Positions 27,656 to 36,887 of a stretch of 40,495 nucleotides of DNA are shown piece by piece. Numbering within the stretch: position 1 is the first letter of the stretch; each line of letters starts with the position of its first letter. Source of the DNA: Caldisericaceae bacterium (GTDB lineage: Bacteria > Caldisericota > Caldisericia > Caldisericales > Caldisericaceae); the NCBI GenBank assembly GCA_049967855.1, contig JBMFRX010000013.1:1-40495 (forward strand), written 5' to 3'. The translations under genes were made by a program, and so were the position numbers. Under the pieces are notes generated by a model. It was not told the origin of the DNA. It made no database searches and saw nothing but the letters and a program-made list of their open reading frames with translations.

Positions 27656-28774
27656 TTAAAATAGCCTTATATTCTTCCTTCTGATAGCTCTTCCTTTCCA
27701 GGTTGACTTTCCTGTTATCACCAAGAATACGGAAGCAAAACCTATGATTGAATTGACAAGAGATACCAATGGGTAATAGAGAGGCAACTCTCTTGGAAGC
27801 TTAAATTTAATTGAAGCTATAAGCCATATCAAAAGCGTTTCGAAAATCGAGGCAGCCGCAAGGAATTTCACAATAGGAGGATTTCTAAATACAAGTGCAA
27901 AAATAGGAGCAAATGATATAACAAGCATCCAAATCCAAACAAAAAGAGAAGGAATTAACCTGAGTTCAAATAACGGAAAATAGCTTTTCGATAGACCTAT
28001 AAAAGCTTCTCTGAAACTCTTATACATTCTGCAACCAACCAATTCAGAAAGGTTGAATATACCAACCCTCAAGTTGCTCTTCCTTGCAACCTTTGAGAGT
28101 TCGATATCCTCCACAATAGCCCCTTTAACACCCTTATGCCCTTGGATTTTCTCGTAAGACTTCCTCTTGAACATCATGAACTGACCGTTTGCAAACATAA
28201 AAAAGTAGAAATATCTTGACAGAAAACTTAGAAAAATAGGAAACATCGATAGGATGCTGAAATTCAGGAAAGGAACAGTAACCTTCTCTCCAAAACTTAT
28301 AGTATCTTCCCTCGGTATTCCGGTTATAAAGTCAAGATTTTTGGATTGCATTTCATCAACCATAATAGATACTGCATTGCCTGCAAAATAAGTATCTGCA
28401 TCTGCAAAAATAAGAATATCTCCAGTCGAGTGAAGATAAAGCCTGTAGCAAGCCCAGTTCTTTCCAGTCCATCCTTCTGGTGGCTCTTCTTTGCCATCAA
28501 TCATAATCAGGCGTCTGTCTTTAATAGATTTGATTATTTCAGATGTTCTGTCAGACGAATTGTCATCTAACACAACTATCTCGATATTCTCATAATCTTG
28601 TGATAGCAATGAATTTATACACTTTTCAATCGTCCCTTCTTCGTTTCTTGCAGGAACAAGAACAGAAACCCTAATTTCCTGAAAGCAGCTTCTTTTTATT
28701 GGCTTCTTGACAATAATAGCATTGAGAAGGGTGTTGAAGAATTGATACACAATGAATATAAACACTCCGTTCAT
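27656..28774 (-). CDS. Membrane-bound GT2 glycosyltransferase (CrtQ/CruC/HpnB-like)
   Basis: VLVPARNEE, LDDNSSDRT, PEGWTGKNWAC, FADAD, ANGQF, IVEDIEL, CRMY, C-terminal TMs and TWKGR. Confidence 0.88.
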   Translation of the reverse strand: MNGVFIFIVYQFFNTLLNAIIVKKPIKRSCFQEIRVSVLVPARNEEGTIEKCINSLLSQDYENIEIVVLDDNSSDRTSEIIKSIKDRRLIMIDGKEEPPEGWTGKNWACYRLYLHSTGDILIFADADTYFAGNAVSIMVDEMQSKNLDFITGIPREDTISFGEKVTVPFLNFSILSMFPIFLSFLSRYFYFFMFANGQFMMFKRKSYEKIQGHKGVKGAIVEDIELSKVARKSNLRVGIFNLSELVGCRMYKSFREAFIGLSKSYFPLFELRLIPSLFVWIWMLVISFAPIFALVFRNPPIVKFLAAASIFETLLIWLIASIKFKLPRELPLYYPLVSLVNSIIGFASVFLVITGKSTWKGRAIRRKNIRLF

Positions 28775-29350
28775 CTATAAGGTTCCCCTGTACTGCCCGA
28801 AGATTAATAAAATAGCATTTAGAATTGCAATAGTTGTGAACCTTATGTCAGCGAACCTGATGGCAACGAAAAACACAAGTAATGCTGACGAGATAACAAC
28901 AATCATCCTGTCATTAATCTTTTTCCCATAAATTCTTTTAAGCAAAGCAAAAATGACAAATGTTCCGCCCAAGAAGGTTGGCACTTCCCAGAGAGTAAGC
29001 GCACTCCAAACCCCAAATGTTGTTGTAATGCCCTTTCCTCCTTTGAACTTAAGAAAAGGAGTGAATATGTGTCCCAGTATTGGCGCAATTGAAATAACAA
29101 CGAAAGGAAAGAAATGAAGTTCGTTTCTGGTAATAATAAGATAAAGCGGCATTACTCCCTTAAGATAGTCAAGAACAAGAGAAGGCACACCTAATTTGAG
29201 GCCGTTTGCCCTAAAACTGTTTGCTGGGCCAGGATTGTTATCATTTCCAAAGTCTCTTATGTCTAAATTGAATAGGATTTTGCCAACCAAATATGAAAAT
29301 GGGATTGACCCAGCGAAAAAAGTGACAGAAAGCAAAATAAAGAATCTCAT
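28775..29350 (-). CDS. PlsY-like (acyl-phosphate-dependent acyltransferase family) protein, divergent
   Basis: GSIPFS, DIRDFG..NPG..N..R, DYLKG, LGHIF.PFLKFKGGKG; lacks C-terminal HxxN motif 3. Confidence 0.85.
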   Translation of the reverse strand: MRFFILLSVTFFAGSIPFSYLVGKILFNLDIRDFGNDNNPGPANSFRANGLKLGVPSLVLDYLKGVMPLYLIITRNELHFFPFVVISIAPILGHIFTPFLKFKGGKGITTTFGVWSALTLWEVPTFLGGTFVIFALLKRIYGKKINDRMIVVISSALLVFFVAIRFADIRFTTIAILNAILLIFGQYRGTL

Positions 29351-29452
29351 TTTTTATCCTATTTATCTTTATTATAAGTTAGTTTAGATAAATTTCCAAG
29401 AAGTAGCTATTTTTGTTATTTTTTTTGAAGAGAAATTTTTTTAAACCATTCA

Positions 29453-29485
29453 ACTACGCACCAGTGCCTGGCACGGATGAGTAGT
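29453..29485. repeat. REP-like imperfect palindrome, copy 2 (inverted relative to copy 1)
   Basis: ACTACGCACCAGTGCCTGGCACGGATGAGTAGT; lies between divergent genes. Confidence 0.8.
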
Positions 29486-29535
29486 TAACGTTTGATTTTT
29501 TGCGGAAGACACTATAATGAAATGAGGAGGGCGAA

Positions 29536-30399
29536 ATGGAAAAGGCAATTGTTGCTTCAGACCTCACCTACAGGTATGGTAAGCTTTTAGCGGTTGACCA
29601 TATAAGTTTTGAGGTGAATAAGGGTGAAATAATAGGCTTCTTGGGGCCAAATGGAGCAGGAAAGTCAACAACTTTCAAAATGCTTGTGGGGTTGCTCAAA
29701 CCGATGGGAGGGACAGCAAATATACTGGGAATGGATACAGTAAAGGAGCCTAAGAAAATACAACAGCATATAGGTGTATGTTTTGAATACACAAATCTTT
29801 ATGAGGATATTAGCGCAATAGGAAACCTTGTCTTATTTGCAGATTTATTTGGCGTAAAGAATTTTGACCCTTATAGCCTTCTAAAGAGAGTTGGGCTCTC
29901 GGGCAAAGAAAAAGAAAATGTCTCAACATTCTCCAAGGGAATGAAACAAAGAGTAATGATTGCAAGGGCTCTAGTGAATAGCCCAGAGATAATATTCCTC
30001 GACGAGCCAACCGCAGGATTAGACCCAGTTTCTTCTGAAGAGGTTCGCAATGTGATACTTGAAGAGAAGGAAAGAGGTGCAACTATTTTTCTCACAACAC
30101 ATGATATGTTCGAGGCAGACAAGCTCTCAGACAGAGTTGCTTTCATAAACCAGGGGCATATTGTTTCAATTGACACACCACACAATCTGAAGCAACAATA
30201 TGGAAAAAGAAGACTAAAAGCACTTGTAAAGACCGGTGATGGAGATCTGCGGGAAAGAGAGATTGAACTTGATAACAACAAAACGCCCGAAAATGTGTTT
30301 GAACTTTTCAAGAACGAGCAGGTCGTAACACTGCACAGCGAAGAGGCAACCCTTGAAGATATTTTTATAAGAGTGACAGGGAGAGGTTTAAAGGAATGA
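29536..30399 (+). CDS. ABC-2-type exporter ATP-binding subunit
   Basis: GPNGAGKST, FSKGMKQR, FLDEPTAGLDP, TTH, ATLEDIF; TATAAT and SD GAGGAGG upstream. Confidence 0.93.
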   Translation: MEKAIVASDLTYRYGKLLAVDHISFEVNKGEIIGFLGPNGAGKSTTFKMLVGLLKPMGGTANILGMDTVKEPKKIQQHIGVCFEYTNLYEDISAIGNLVLFADLFGVKNFDPYSLLKRVGLSGKEKENVSTFSKGMKQRVMIARALVNSPEIIFLDEPTAGLDPVSSEEVRNVILEEKERGATIFLTTHDMFEADKLSDRVAFINQGHIVSIDTPHNLKQQYGKRRLKALVKTGDGDLREREIELDNNKTPENVFELFKNEQVVTLHSEEATLEDIFIRVTGRGLKE

Positions 30400-31454
30400 G
30401 CTTAAGAGCAGTTAAAACTCTCGCAAGAAAAGATTTTATTTTGTTCTTCAAAAACAAATTTTTTGCTGTTATCACAGTTCTCGGGCTTGTTGTTTATGTT
30501 GTAATTTACTTACTGATGCCCAAATCCGTAGATGACACGATGGGAATAGCCATTTATGCAAAAGGCGGTGTTTCACAAGCACTTGCAGCCTCTCTTGAAA
30601 GAGAAGACGTAAGAATTATAAACGCAAAATCCACGGATGAACTGAAGAATCTTGTAAGAAACAATGAAGTTCTTGCAGGGTTTTACTTTCCAGGCGACTT
30701 TCAGGAAAAAGCCATCAACAAAGAGACTATAACAATACAGATTTACACCGCTAACACTATTCAACCAGAGCTCCTGAATGCTCTTGAATATATCGGAAAG
30801 GAAATGGTCTACACTGAGCTTGGGCACAGCCTCAACATCGAAAGCAAGAGTGAAGTGCTGGGAGTGGATCTGGCTGGCAAACAGATTCCCCCGTCCAGAA
30901 GAATCATACCTGTTCTTGCCTTTCTTCTAATAATCACCGAGACTCTTGGCCTTGCCAATCTCATAAGTGATGAGATAGAAAAAAGGACAATTCAAGCAGT
31001 TCTTGCAACTCCCGTGACGGTATTAGATATTTTTGAGTCAAAAGGGATAGTTGGACTCACGACAACCCTTTTACCTTCATTGCTTTTTATTCTTGTTACG
31101 GTTGGTTTTAAGAGTTTTGGTGCAATATTAATCCTTCTAATCATTGGAAGTCTTTTCACAATAAGTGTGGGGTTTCTCATCGGAAGCATTGCTAAGGATA
31201 TTATGTCTGTGATTGCATGGGGAGCTTTGTTCTTCATCATTCTGATTATACCCTCAGTGAACGTTATCGCTCCAGGAAGTTTGACGGGCTGGGTACAATT
31301 GATACCTTCAAGCTTTCTTGTGGAATCACTGAATAACGTGATTAATTTTGGGAAGGGTTTCAAGGAAATCTGGACTACGCTTTTTGTACTATTAGTTTCA
31401 TCGGCCGTTCTTCTCACTATGGGCACACTTACTCTTAGGAGGCGATTTCAGTGA
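30396..31454 (+). CDS. ABC-2 exporter permease
   Basis: TM1, extracytoplasmic domain, 5 TMs; DEIEKRTIQAVLATPV motif. Confidence 0.9.
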   Translation: MSLRAVKTLARKDFILFFKNKFFAVITVLGLVVYVVIYLLMPKSVDDTMGIAIYAKGGVSQALAASLEREDVRIINAKSTDELKNLVRNNEVLAGFYFPGDFQEKAINKETITIQIYTANTIQPELLNALEYIGKEMVYTELGHSLNIESKSEVLGVDLAGKQIPPSRRIIPVLAFLLIITETLGLANLISDEIEKRTIQAVLATPVTVLDIFESKGIVGLTTTLLPSLLFILVTVGFKSFGAILILLIIGSLFTISVGFLIGSIAKDIMSVIAWGALFFIILIIPSVNVIAPGSLTGWVQLIPSSFLVESLNNVINFGKGFKEIWTTLFVLLVSSAVLLTMGTLTLRRRFQ

Positions 31455-32530
31455 GCATTAGAAGAATTATCATTCTTTTAAAGAAAGAGTTTGTAATAGG
31501 TTCAAAGAGCTTTATCTTCGTTTGGGCACTTGCAGTGCCAATCATATTGACTCTAATAATGTCTCTCGTTTTTGGCGTTTTCCTTGCAAGAACTCCTCGC
31601 CTTGGGGTTTACGTTGCCTCTCCTTCGCAGGTTTTGGCAGAAGCAAAGAATACAAAAGCAATCTCAACAAGGGAGTATGCTTCAGTAGAACAACTCAAGA
31701 ATGCTGTTTCACAAGGAGCAGTCGATGTTGGAGTGGTAATACCAGAGAATTTTGATAGAGATGTTAAACTCGGCACAAAAACAGGTATTGAGGCTTTCAT
31801 TTTTGGACAGAGCTATGCAAGAAATAGGGAAATCATTGTTACAGCACTTGGCAACATAATTAGAGGAATAGCTAGCAAAGAGATAGCAATTTCAGTAGAA
31901 CTTATTAAAATTGGGGATAATTATGCTGCACCATTGCAGGATAGGATTTTCCCTTTCATAGTACTGATTGCAATATTTTTTGGTGGCGTTTTTATCCCTT
32001 CGTCCTCATTAATACAAGAGAAAAATAAGAAAACAATTGACGCCTTGAAAATTGTCCCTTCAAGAATGACAGAAATAATGCTTGCTAAAATTCTTTTGGG
32101 TGGTTTTGTAGCTTTGATTGCAGGTCTCATTACTCTTGCCCTCAATAATGCCTTTGGAATGTCCCCAGCTTTACTAATCCTCTCTATGACCTCTGGTGTA
32201 ATAATGGCAACATTCATAGGAGCCTTGCTTGGAATTTATTTGAATGATTTTGCAACACTCCTTTCCTTCTGGAAGATTGGAGGTATATTGCTTTTCTTCC
32301 CCGCAATTATCTACATATTCCCACAGATTCCTGCATTCATTGGGAAGCTCTTCCCAACTTACTACGTGCTTGAACCAATTATTGAATTATCTAAAGGAAA
32401 CACAAATTCTGGAAGCGTGTGGCAAAACCTGATGATATGCTTCGCAATTGACCTAATCCTCGGTGCAGCTGTTTTCTTCCAGTCTAAGAGACTTGAGAGC
32501 CAGGATTTCCCATTGCTTGAAAAAAGATGA
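31451..32530 (+). CDS. ABC-2 exporter permease
   Basis: Paralogous layout; QEKNKKTIDALKIVP motif. Confidence 0.9.
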   Translation: MSIRRIIILLKKEFVIGSKSFIFVWALAVPIILTLIMSLVFGVFLARTPRLGVYVASPSQVLAEAKNTKAISTREYASVEQLKNAVSQGAVDVGVVIPENFDRDVKLGTKTGIEAFIFGQSYARNREIIVTALGNIIRGIASKEIAISVELIKIGDNYAAPLQDRIFPFIVLIAIFFGGVFIPSSSLIQEKNKKTIDALKIVPSRMTEIMLAKILLGGFVALIAGLITLALNNAFGMSPALLILSMTSGVIMATFIGALLGIYLNDFATLLSFWKIGGILLFFPAIIYIFPQIPAFIGKLFPTYYVLEPIIELSKGNTNSGSVWQNLMICFAIDLILGAAVFFQSKRLESQDFPLLEKR

Positions 32531-32575
32531 ATGACCACACTTTAGGTTGAAGGGTTACAAAAGAGCTTTAATTGA
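32531..32575 (+). pseudogene. Remnant 5' end of a second ABC ATPase gene
   Basis: ATG directly after the permease stop reads MTTL*VEGLQKSFN*, resembling ABC ATPase N-termini (LxVxxLxKSF). Confidence 0.45.
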
Positions 32576-32584
32576 ATATCTTGT

Positions 32585-34288
32585 TTACTGATATTTCATT
32601 GACTCGAGTTTCTTCCTCAAAGTCCTCAGTTCCCGCTCTTTCTTCTCACTTTGCTCTCTTTGAAGAAATTTCTCAAGATAGACAATGCGGGCTTTAATTT
32701 TATTAGCCTCTTTCAACTTATTTGCATCTGCCCTATTTTGTGCGCAAGCAGGGCTCATCTTTTTCGGGTTAGGCTTATCTTGCTCAAAAAGCTCTATTCT
32801 GCCGTTATCAAGATAGTACAATTTATTGGCAATCTCCTTAAGCAGATACCTGTCATGAGTCACAAGAAGAATTGTCCCTTTAAAATTCTTCAAGGCGCTT
32901 ATTACGGCGTCGTTTGTCTCAATGTCAAGATGATTGGTAGGCTCATCAAGCACAAGGAAGTTGCCATTGATGAAACTCATCTTTGCGAGGATTAGCCTTC
33001 GTTTTTCCCCTCCGCTCAATTCGTTAACCCTTTTAAAAACATCGTCTCCTGTAAAATCGAAGCTTGCAAGGAAATCACGTGCAGAAGGTATGTCAAGGCC
33101 TTCCTTAAGTATTTCTTCAAGGATAGTTTGCGGGCCATCTATGAAGAAAGAATCCTGTGGAAAATACCCGATGTGGATGCTAGCACCAATGTATAAAAAA
33201 CCACTATCAGGAGATTCTTCTCCTACGATTATCTTGAGCAAGGTAGTTTTCCCTGAGCCGTTTTTTCCAAGGAGGCCTACTCGCTCGCCTCGCATAAGTT
33301 TAAGGTTAACATCTTTAAGAACACTTTTATCTCCATAGCTTTTTGCTAAGTTCCTTGCTTCAATTACTTTCTCTCCTCCGCGTGATTCACTTTCTATTCG
33401 AATTGAAACTTCCTTTTTTCGAATGGTTTCAGGGATTTCTATCCGTTCGATCTTCTTTTCTCTACTTTTGGCTTGCGTTGAACGTGTGCCATACCTGAAC
33501 TTTTCTATAAACTCACGTTCCTTTGCAAGATACTTTAATAGATGCTCTCTTTCCTTTGAAACTCTTTCATCTTCAGCGCTCTTCATATAAACAAACTTCT
33601 CGTAATTTCCTGGATATTCTTTCATTGTTCCATTTTCAAGATAAAGTATAGAGGTTGCAATTTTGTTTATCAATACCTTGTCGTGAGAAACGATCAGCAC
33701 GCCTCCTCTAAATGCTGCAATATGCTTCTCAAGAATTTCTATAGTTTCTATATCAAGGTGATTTGTGGGCTCGTCGAGTATTAAAATGTCAGGTTGGGCA
33801 ATAAAAGCTTTTATCATAAGGCATTTTGTCCTCTCTCCTCCGCTCAACTGAATTAGCGGACGCCTTACAATATCCATATCAAGGCCGAACTCATCAAGCA
33901 TTGCCGAGATTTCCTGCTTGTAGATGTATCCACCAATTGCTTCATAGCGTTCCATAAGCTCGCTGAATTCTCTACCGAAATTGCCATTCCTCTCAAATTC
34001 GGACAATTTAAACTCGAGTGTTTTGATTTCAGGAAGTCCAGATTCAATTTCCTCTAAACCTGAGGTTTGAGTCCCTTTAACTTCCTGCGGGACATATGAA
34101 AAAGAGCCGCTTATCGATACAGCGCCGCTGTCCTTAGGAAGAGTGCCTACAATTATCTCGAGCAGAGTTGTTTTGCCTGAACCATTATCTCCTATAATGA
34201 CTTTTCTTTCCCTGTCAAGAACAAACGAGACATTTTTCAGCAAATACTTGTTGCCATTAATATAATTTAAGTTGGATACAGTAAGCAT
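32585..34288 (-). CDS. ABC-F family ATPase (ribosome-associated)
   Basis: Two NBDs (GDNGSGKTT, GKNGSGKTT; LSGGE x2; LDEPTNHLD x2), inter-ABC linker, no TM segments. Confidence 0.92.
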   Translation of the reverse strand: MLTVSNLNYINGNKYLLKNVSFVLDRERKVIIGDNGSGKTTLLEIIVGTLPKDSGAVSISGSFSYVPQEVKGTQTSGLEEIESGLPEIKTLEFKLSEFERNGNFGREFSELMERYEAIGGYIYKQEISAMLDEFGLDMDIVRRPLIQLSGGERTKCLMIKAFIAQPDILILDEPTNHLDIETIEILEKHIAAFRGGVLIVSHDKVLINKIATSILYLENGTMKEYPGNYEKFVYMKSAEDERVSKEREHLLKYLAKEREFIEKFRYGTRSTQAKSREKKIERIEIPETIRKKEVSIRIESESRGGEKVIEARNLAKSYGDKSVLKDVNLKLMRGERVGLLGKNGSGKTTLLKIIVGEESPDSGFLYIGASIHIGYFPQDSFFIDGPQTILEEILKEGLDIPSARDFLASFDFTGDDVFKRVNELSGGEKRRLILAKMSFINGNFLVLDEPTNHLDIETNDAVISALKNFKGTILLVTHDRYLLKEIANKLYYLDNGRIELFEQDKPNPKKMSPACAQNRADANKLKEANKIKARIVYLEKFLQREQSEKKERELRTLRKKLESMKYQ

Positions 34289-34368
34289 TTTCTTCCTCTT
34301 TCATTTTTTCCCTAATTTAAATATAATGAGAAAAACTGATTTTGCAATATCTTTAAGAAGGTAAATTT

Positions 34369-35502
34369 ATGGAAATCGAAGAGGAAATTAGAAAGGCAGC
34401 AATTAATTTTTGTGAGACATTCATCAAACCACATGAAAGTGAGATAGAGCAAAGTGGTTTATACATTGACGAAATCCTTAAAGAACTTGGCTCTCTCGGC
34501 TATATGGGTATATCTATTCCAAAGGAGTTCGGAGGATTAGGACTTCCATTTGAAATAGGGGTGAACATTTCCATAATACTCTCGAAATACAACGGAACTA
34601 TAGCTTCAATATTAGGCGCAAGTCAGCTTGCAGCACTTGCAATAGAGATAGCAGGCTCTACCGAGCAAAAGGAAACATACCTTTCTGAATTAGCAAAAGG
34701 CAAAATAATCGGCTCATTTGCCTTAACTGAACCAGAAGCTGGCTCAGACCCCTCTTCAATTAAGACAACTGCTCAAAAAATCGACGAAGGCTACATTCTC
34801 AATGGGACAAAAGCCTTCATAACGAACGCTGGACTCGCCTCAGTTTATGTGGTTATGGCAAAAACAGAACCTGGGGCAGGAGCAAGAGGTATTTCTGCAT
34901 TCATCATTAATAAATCTGACACGGGTTTTTCTGTTGGACGCAGAGAGCATAAGATGGCCCTCGATTTTCTTCCAAACTCGGCACTTAGTTTCAATGATGT
35001 TGTAATCCCGAAAAATAGGCTCATAGGAAGGGAGGGCTCCGGGTTCATAACTGCAATGAAAGTGCTTGAAATTGGAAGGATTTTTACTGCAGCAGGAGCT
35101 GTTGGGCTTTCTGAAAGAGCTCTTGAAGAGGCAACGATTTACAGTAAGAGGAGAATGCAAGGTGGTCAATCAATTGCAAACTTTCAAATGATTCAGTCTT
35201 ATCTTGCAGATATGGCAACAGAAACAGAAGCCTCGAAAATGCTTGTCATAAATGCTGCCCGCTTGAAAGACAAGGGAGATAAAAAGTCTCAAACGTATTC
35301 ATCGATGGCAAAATACTACTCCTCGAAGACTGCAGTTGATGTTGCAAGGTTGGCAGTGCAGATTTTCGGGGGATACGGCTGGGTAAAAGACTATGTAGTA
35401 GAACGCCTCTATAGAGAAGCAAAAATGTATGAAATAGTTGAGGGCACAAGCGAAATTCAGAAGTTGATTATTGCAAATAACTTACTTAAAGAGCGCAAAT
35501 GA
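34369..35502 (+). CDS. Acyl-CoA dehydrogenase (short/branched-chain type)
   Basis: FALTEPEAGSD, LNGTKAFITN, QIFGGYG, RLYREAK..EIVEGTSEIQ. Confidence 0.93.
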   Translation: MEIEEEIRKAAINFCETFIKPHESEIEQSGLYIDEILKELGSLGYMGISIPKEFGGLGLPFEIGVNISIILSKYNGTIASILGASQLAALAIEIAGSTEQKETYLSELAKGKIIGSFALTEPEAGSDPSSIKTTAQKIDEGYILNGTKAFITNAGLASVYVVMAKTEPGAGARGISAFIINKSDTGFSVGRREHKMALDFLPNSALSFNDVVIPKNRLIGREGSGFITAMKVLEIGRIFTAAGAVGLSERALEEATIYSKRRMQGGQSIANFQMIQSYLADMATETEASKMLVINAARLKDKGDKKSQTYSSMAKYYSSKTAVDVARLAVQIFGGYGWVKDYVVERLYREAKMYEIVEGTSEIQKLIIANNLLKERK

Positions 35503-35508
35503 AAAGGG

Positions 35509-36114
35509 GTGAGTAGAATGTACATTGTGGTATCAGGCAACATTGGGGCTGGAAAAACCTGCCTGTCTCAAATTATTTCTGAGGATCTTGGTTTCAGCGT
35601 TTACTTTGAAGATTTCCATGCAAATCTCTTCCTTAAACAGTACTACAAGGATATGAAGCGGTGGGCCTTTGCTACGCAAATAAACTTCCTTGCGCTGAGG
35701 TATGAACAGATAGTACATCATATACTGCTTTCAAGTGTCCCTTCTGTCCTCGACCGTTCCATATACGAGGACAGAGAAGTGTTTGCAAAGTCGCTGCACG
35801 AAGAAAACCTTATGACAGACGAAGAATGGACAGTGTATAACAAATTGTACGACCTTATGGTTGCACACCTACCAACACCTAATCTTCTGATTTATCTTGA
35901 TAAAACGGTTGATGAGCTTTTAAGAAATATCTCAAAAAGGGGACGAGATTTCGAGATAATACCAAGAGACTATCTTGAGGGTCTTGAAAAACGTTATGCA
36001 GCTTTTTACGATAACTGGCATTTTCCCAAAATAAGGTTCACAAACGATATCTACGAAAACAGAAGCGAAATCGTTGACAAGATAAAGAACGCTCTTTATA
36101 ATTCAGTTTATTGA
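35509..36114 (+). CDS. Deoxynucleoside kinase (dCK/dGK family)
   Basis: SGNIGAGKT, RWAFATQ, DRSIYED, KRGRDFE. Start GTG 35509 or ATG 35518. Confidence 0.92.
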   Translation: MSRMYIVVSGNIGAGKTCLSQIISEDLGFSVYFEDFHANLFLKQYYKDMKRWAFATQINFLALRYEQIVHHILLSSVPSVLDRSIYEDREVFAKSLHEENLMTDEEWTVYNKLYDLMVAHLPTPNLLIYLDKTVDELLRNISKRGRDFEIIPRDYLEGLEKRYAAFYDNWHFPKIRFTNDIYENRSEIVDKIKNALYNSVY

Positions 36115-36206
36115 GATACCGCAAACTGAAACTTGCCTGAAAGATATTTTCGGCGTAAAGACAATCTGGCACCTTTAGGAAAACAAAAAAGTCTTATAAT
36201 GTAAGT

Positions 36207-36887
36207 ATGAGAATTAGAGTTAACTTTGAAAGGCCTTTTGAGACATCTTACATAGGGCATCTCGACCTTAAAACTGCTATGGAGAGAGGGCTGAGACGCA
36301 CTATGCTTCCTCTCAAATACACAGAGGGCTTCAATAAGCGTGTTAAACTTGAAATGGGTTTTCCTTTGAACGTCGGAATGGTTGGAGAGGATGAGTATTT
36401 TGATTTCTACCTTCAGGAAACAGTTCCACTTGACCTTATCACAAAACGCTTAAGCGAATCCTTCCAGGGAATAATCAACATCAAAGAAGCGAGACATATA
36501 TCAGACAAACTGCCCCCGATAACATCTTACGATGCAATACTCGTCAATTTTGTATATGCAGAGCTCACAGAAGACTATCCAGAGGAGCTAATTGAGAAAG
36601 AAGTAAAGCACATTAGAGAATCGAAAGAAATACTGGTAATGCGTGATGGGAAAGAACACAACGTGCGCGATTTCATAGAGAGAGTTGAACTCTTGAAGAA
36701 AGAGTTTCTCGACCTTGAGATTCTTTTTTCTGTATTTTACACTTCTCACGGGAGCATGAGAGTGAATGAACTTGAGACACTTCTTAAGGAAAGTGGCGTT
36801 CCGATTAATTTCAAATTTACGGTCAGGAAGAAAACGTCTCTTTTAAGCAGTGGAAAGATTATTACGCCTTTTGATGTGACTGCTTGA
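36207..36887 (+). CDS. TIGR03936/DUF2344 radical-SAM-linked protein
   Basis: RIRVNF...YIGHLDL...RGLRR..LPLKYTEGFN...PLNVGMVGEDEYFD. Confidence 0.82.
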   Translation: MRIRVNFERPFETSYIGHLDLKTAMERGLRRTMLPLKYTEGFNKRVKLEMGFPLNVGMVGEDEYFDFYLQETVPLDLITKRLSESFQGIINIKEARHISDKLPPITSYDAILVNFVYAELTEDYPEELIEKEVKHIRESKEILVMRDGKEHNVRDFIERVELLKKEFLDLEILFSVFYTSHGSMRVNELETLLKESGVPINFKFTVRKKTSLLSSGKIITPFDVTA

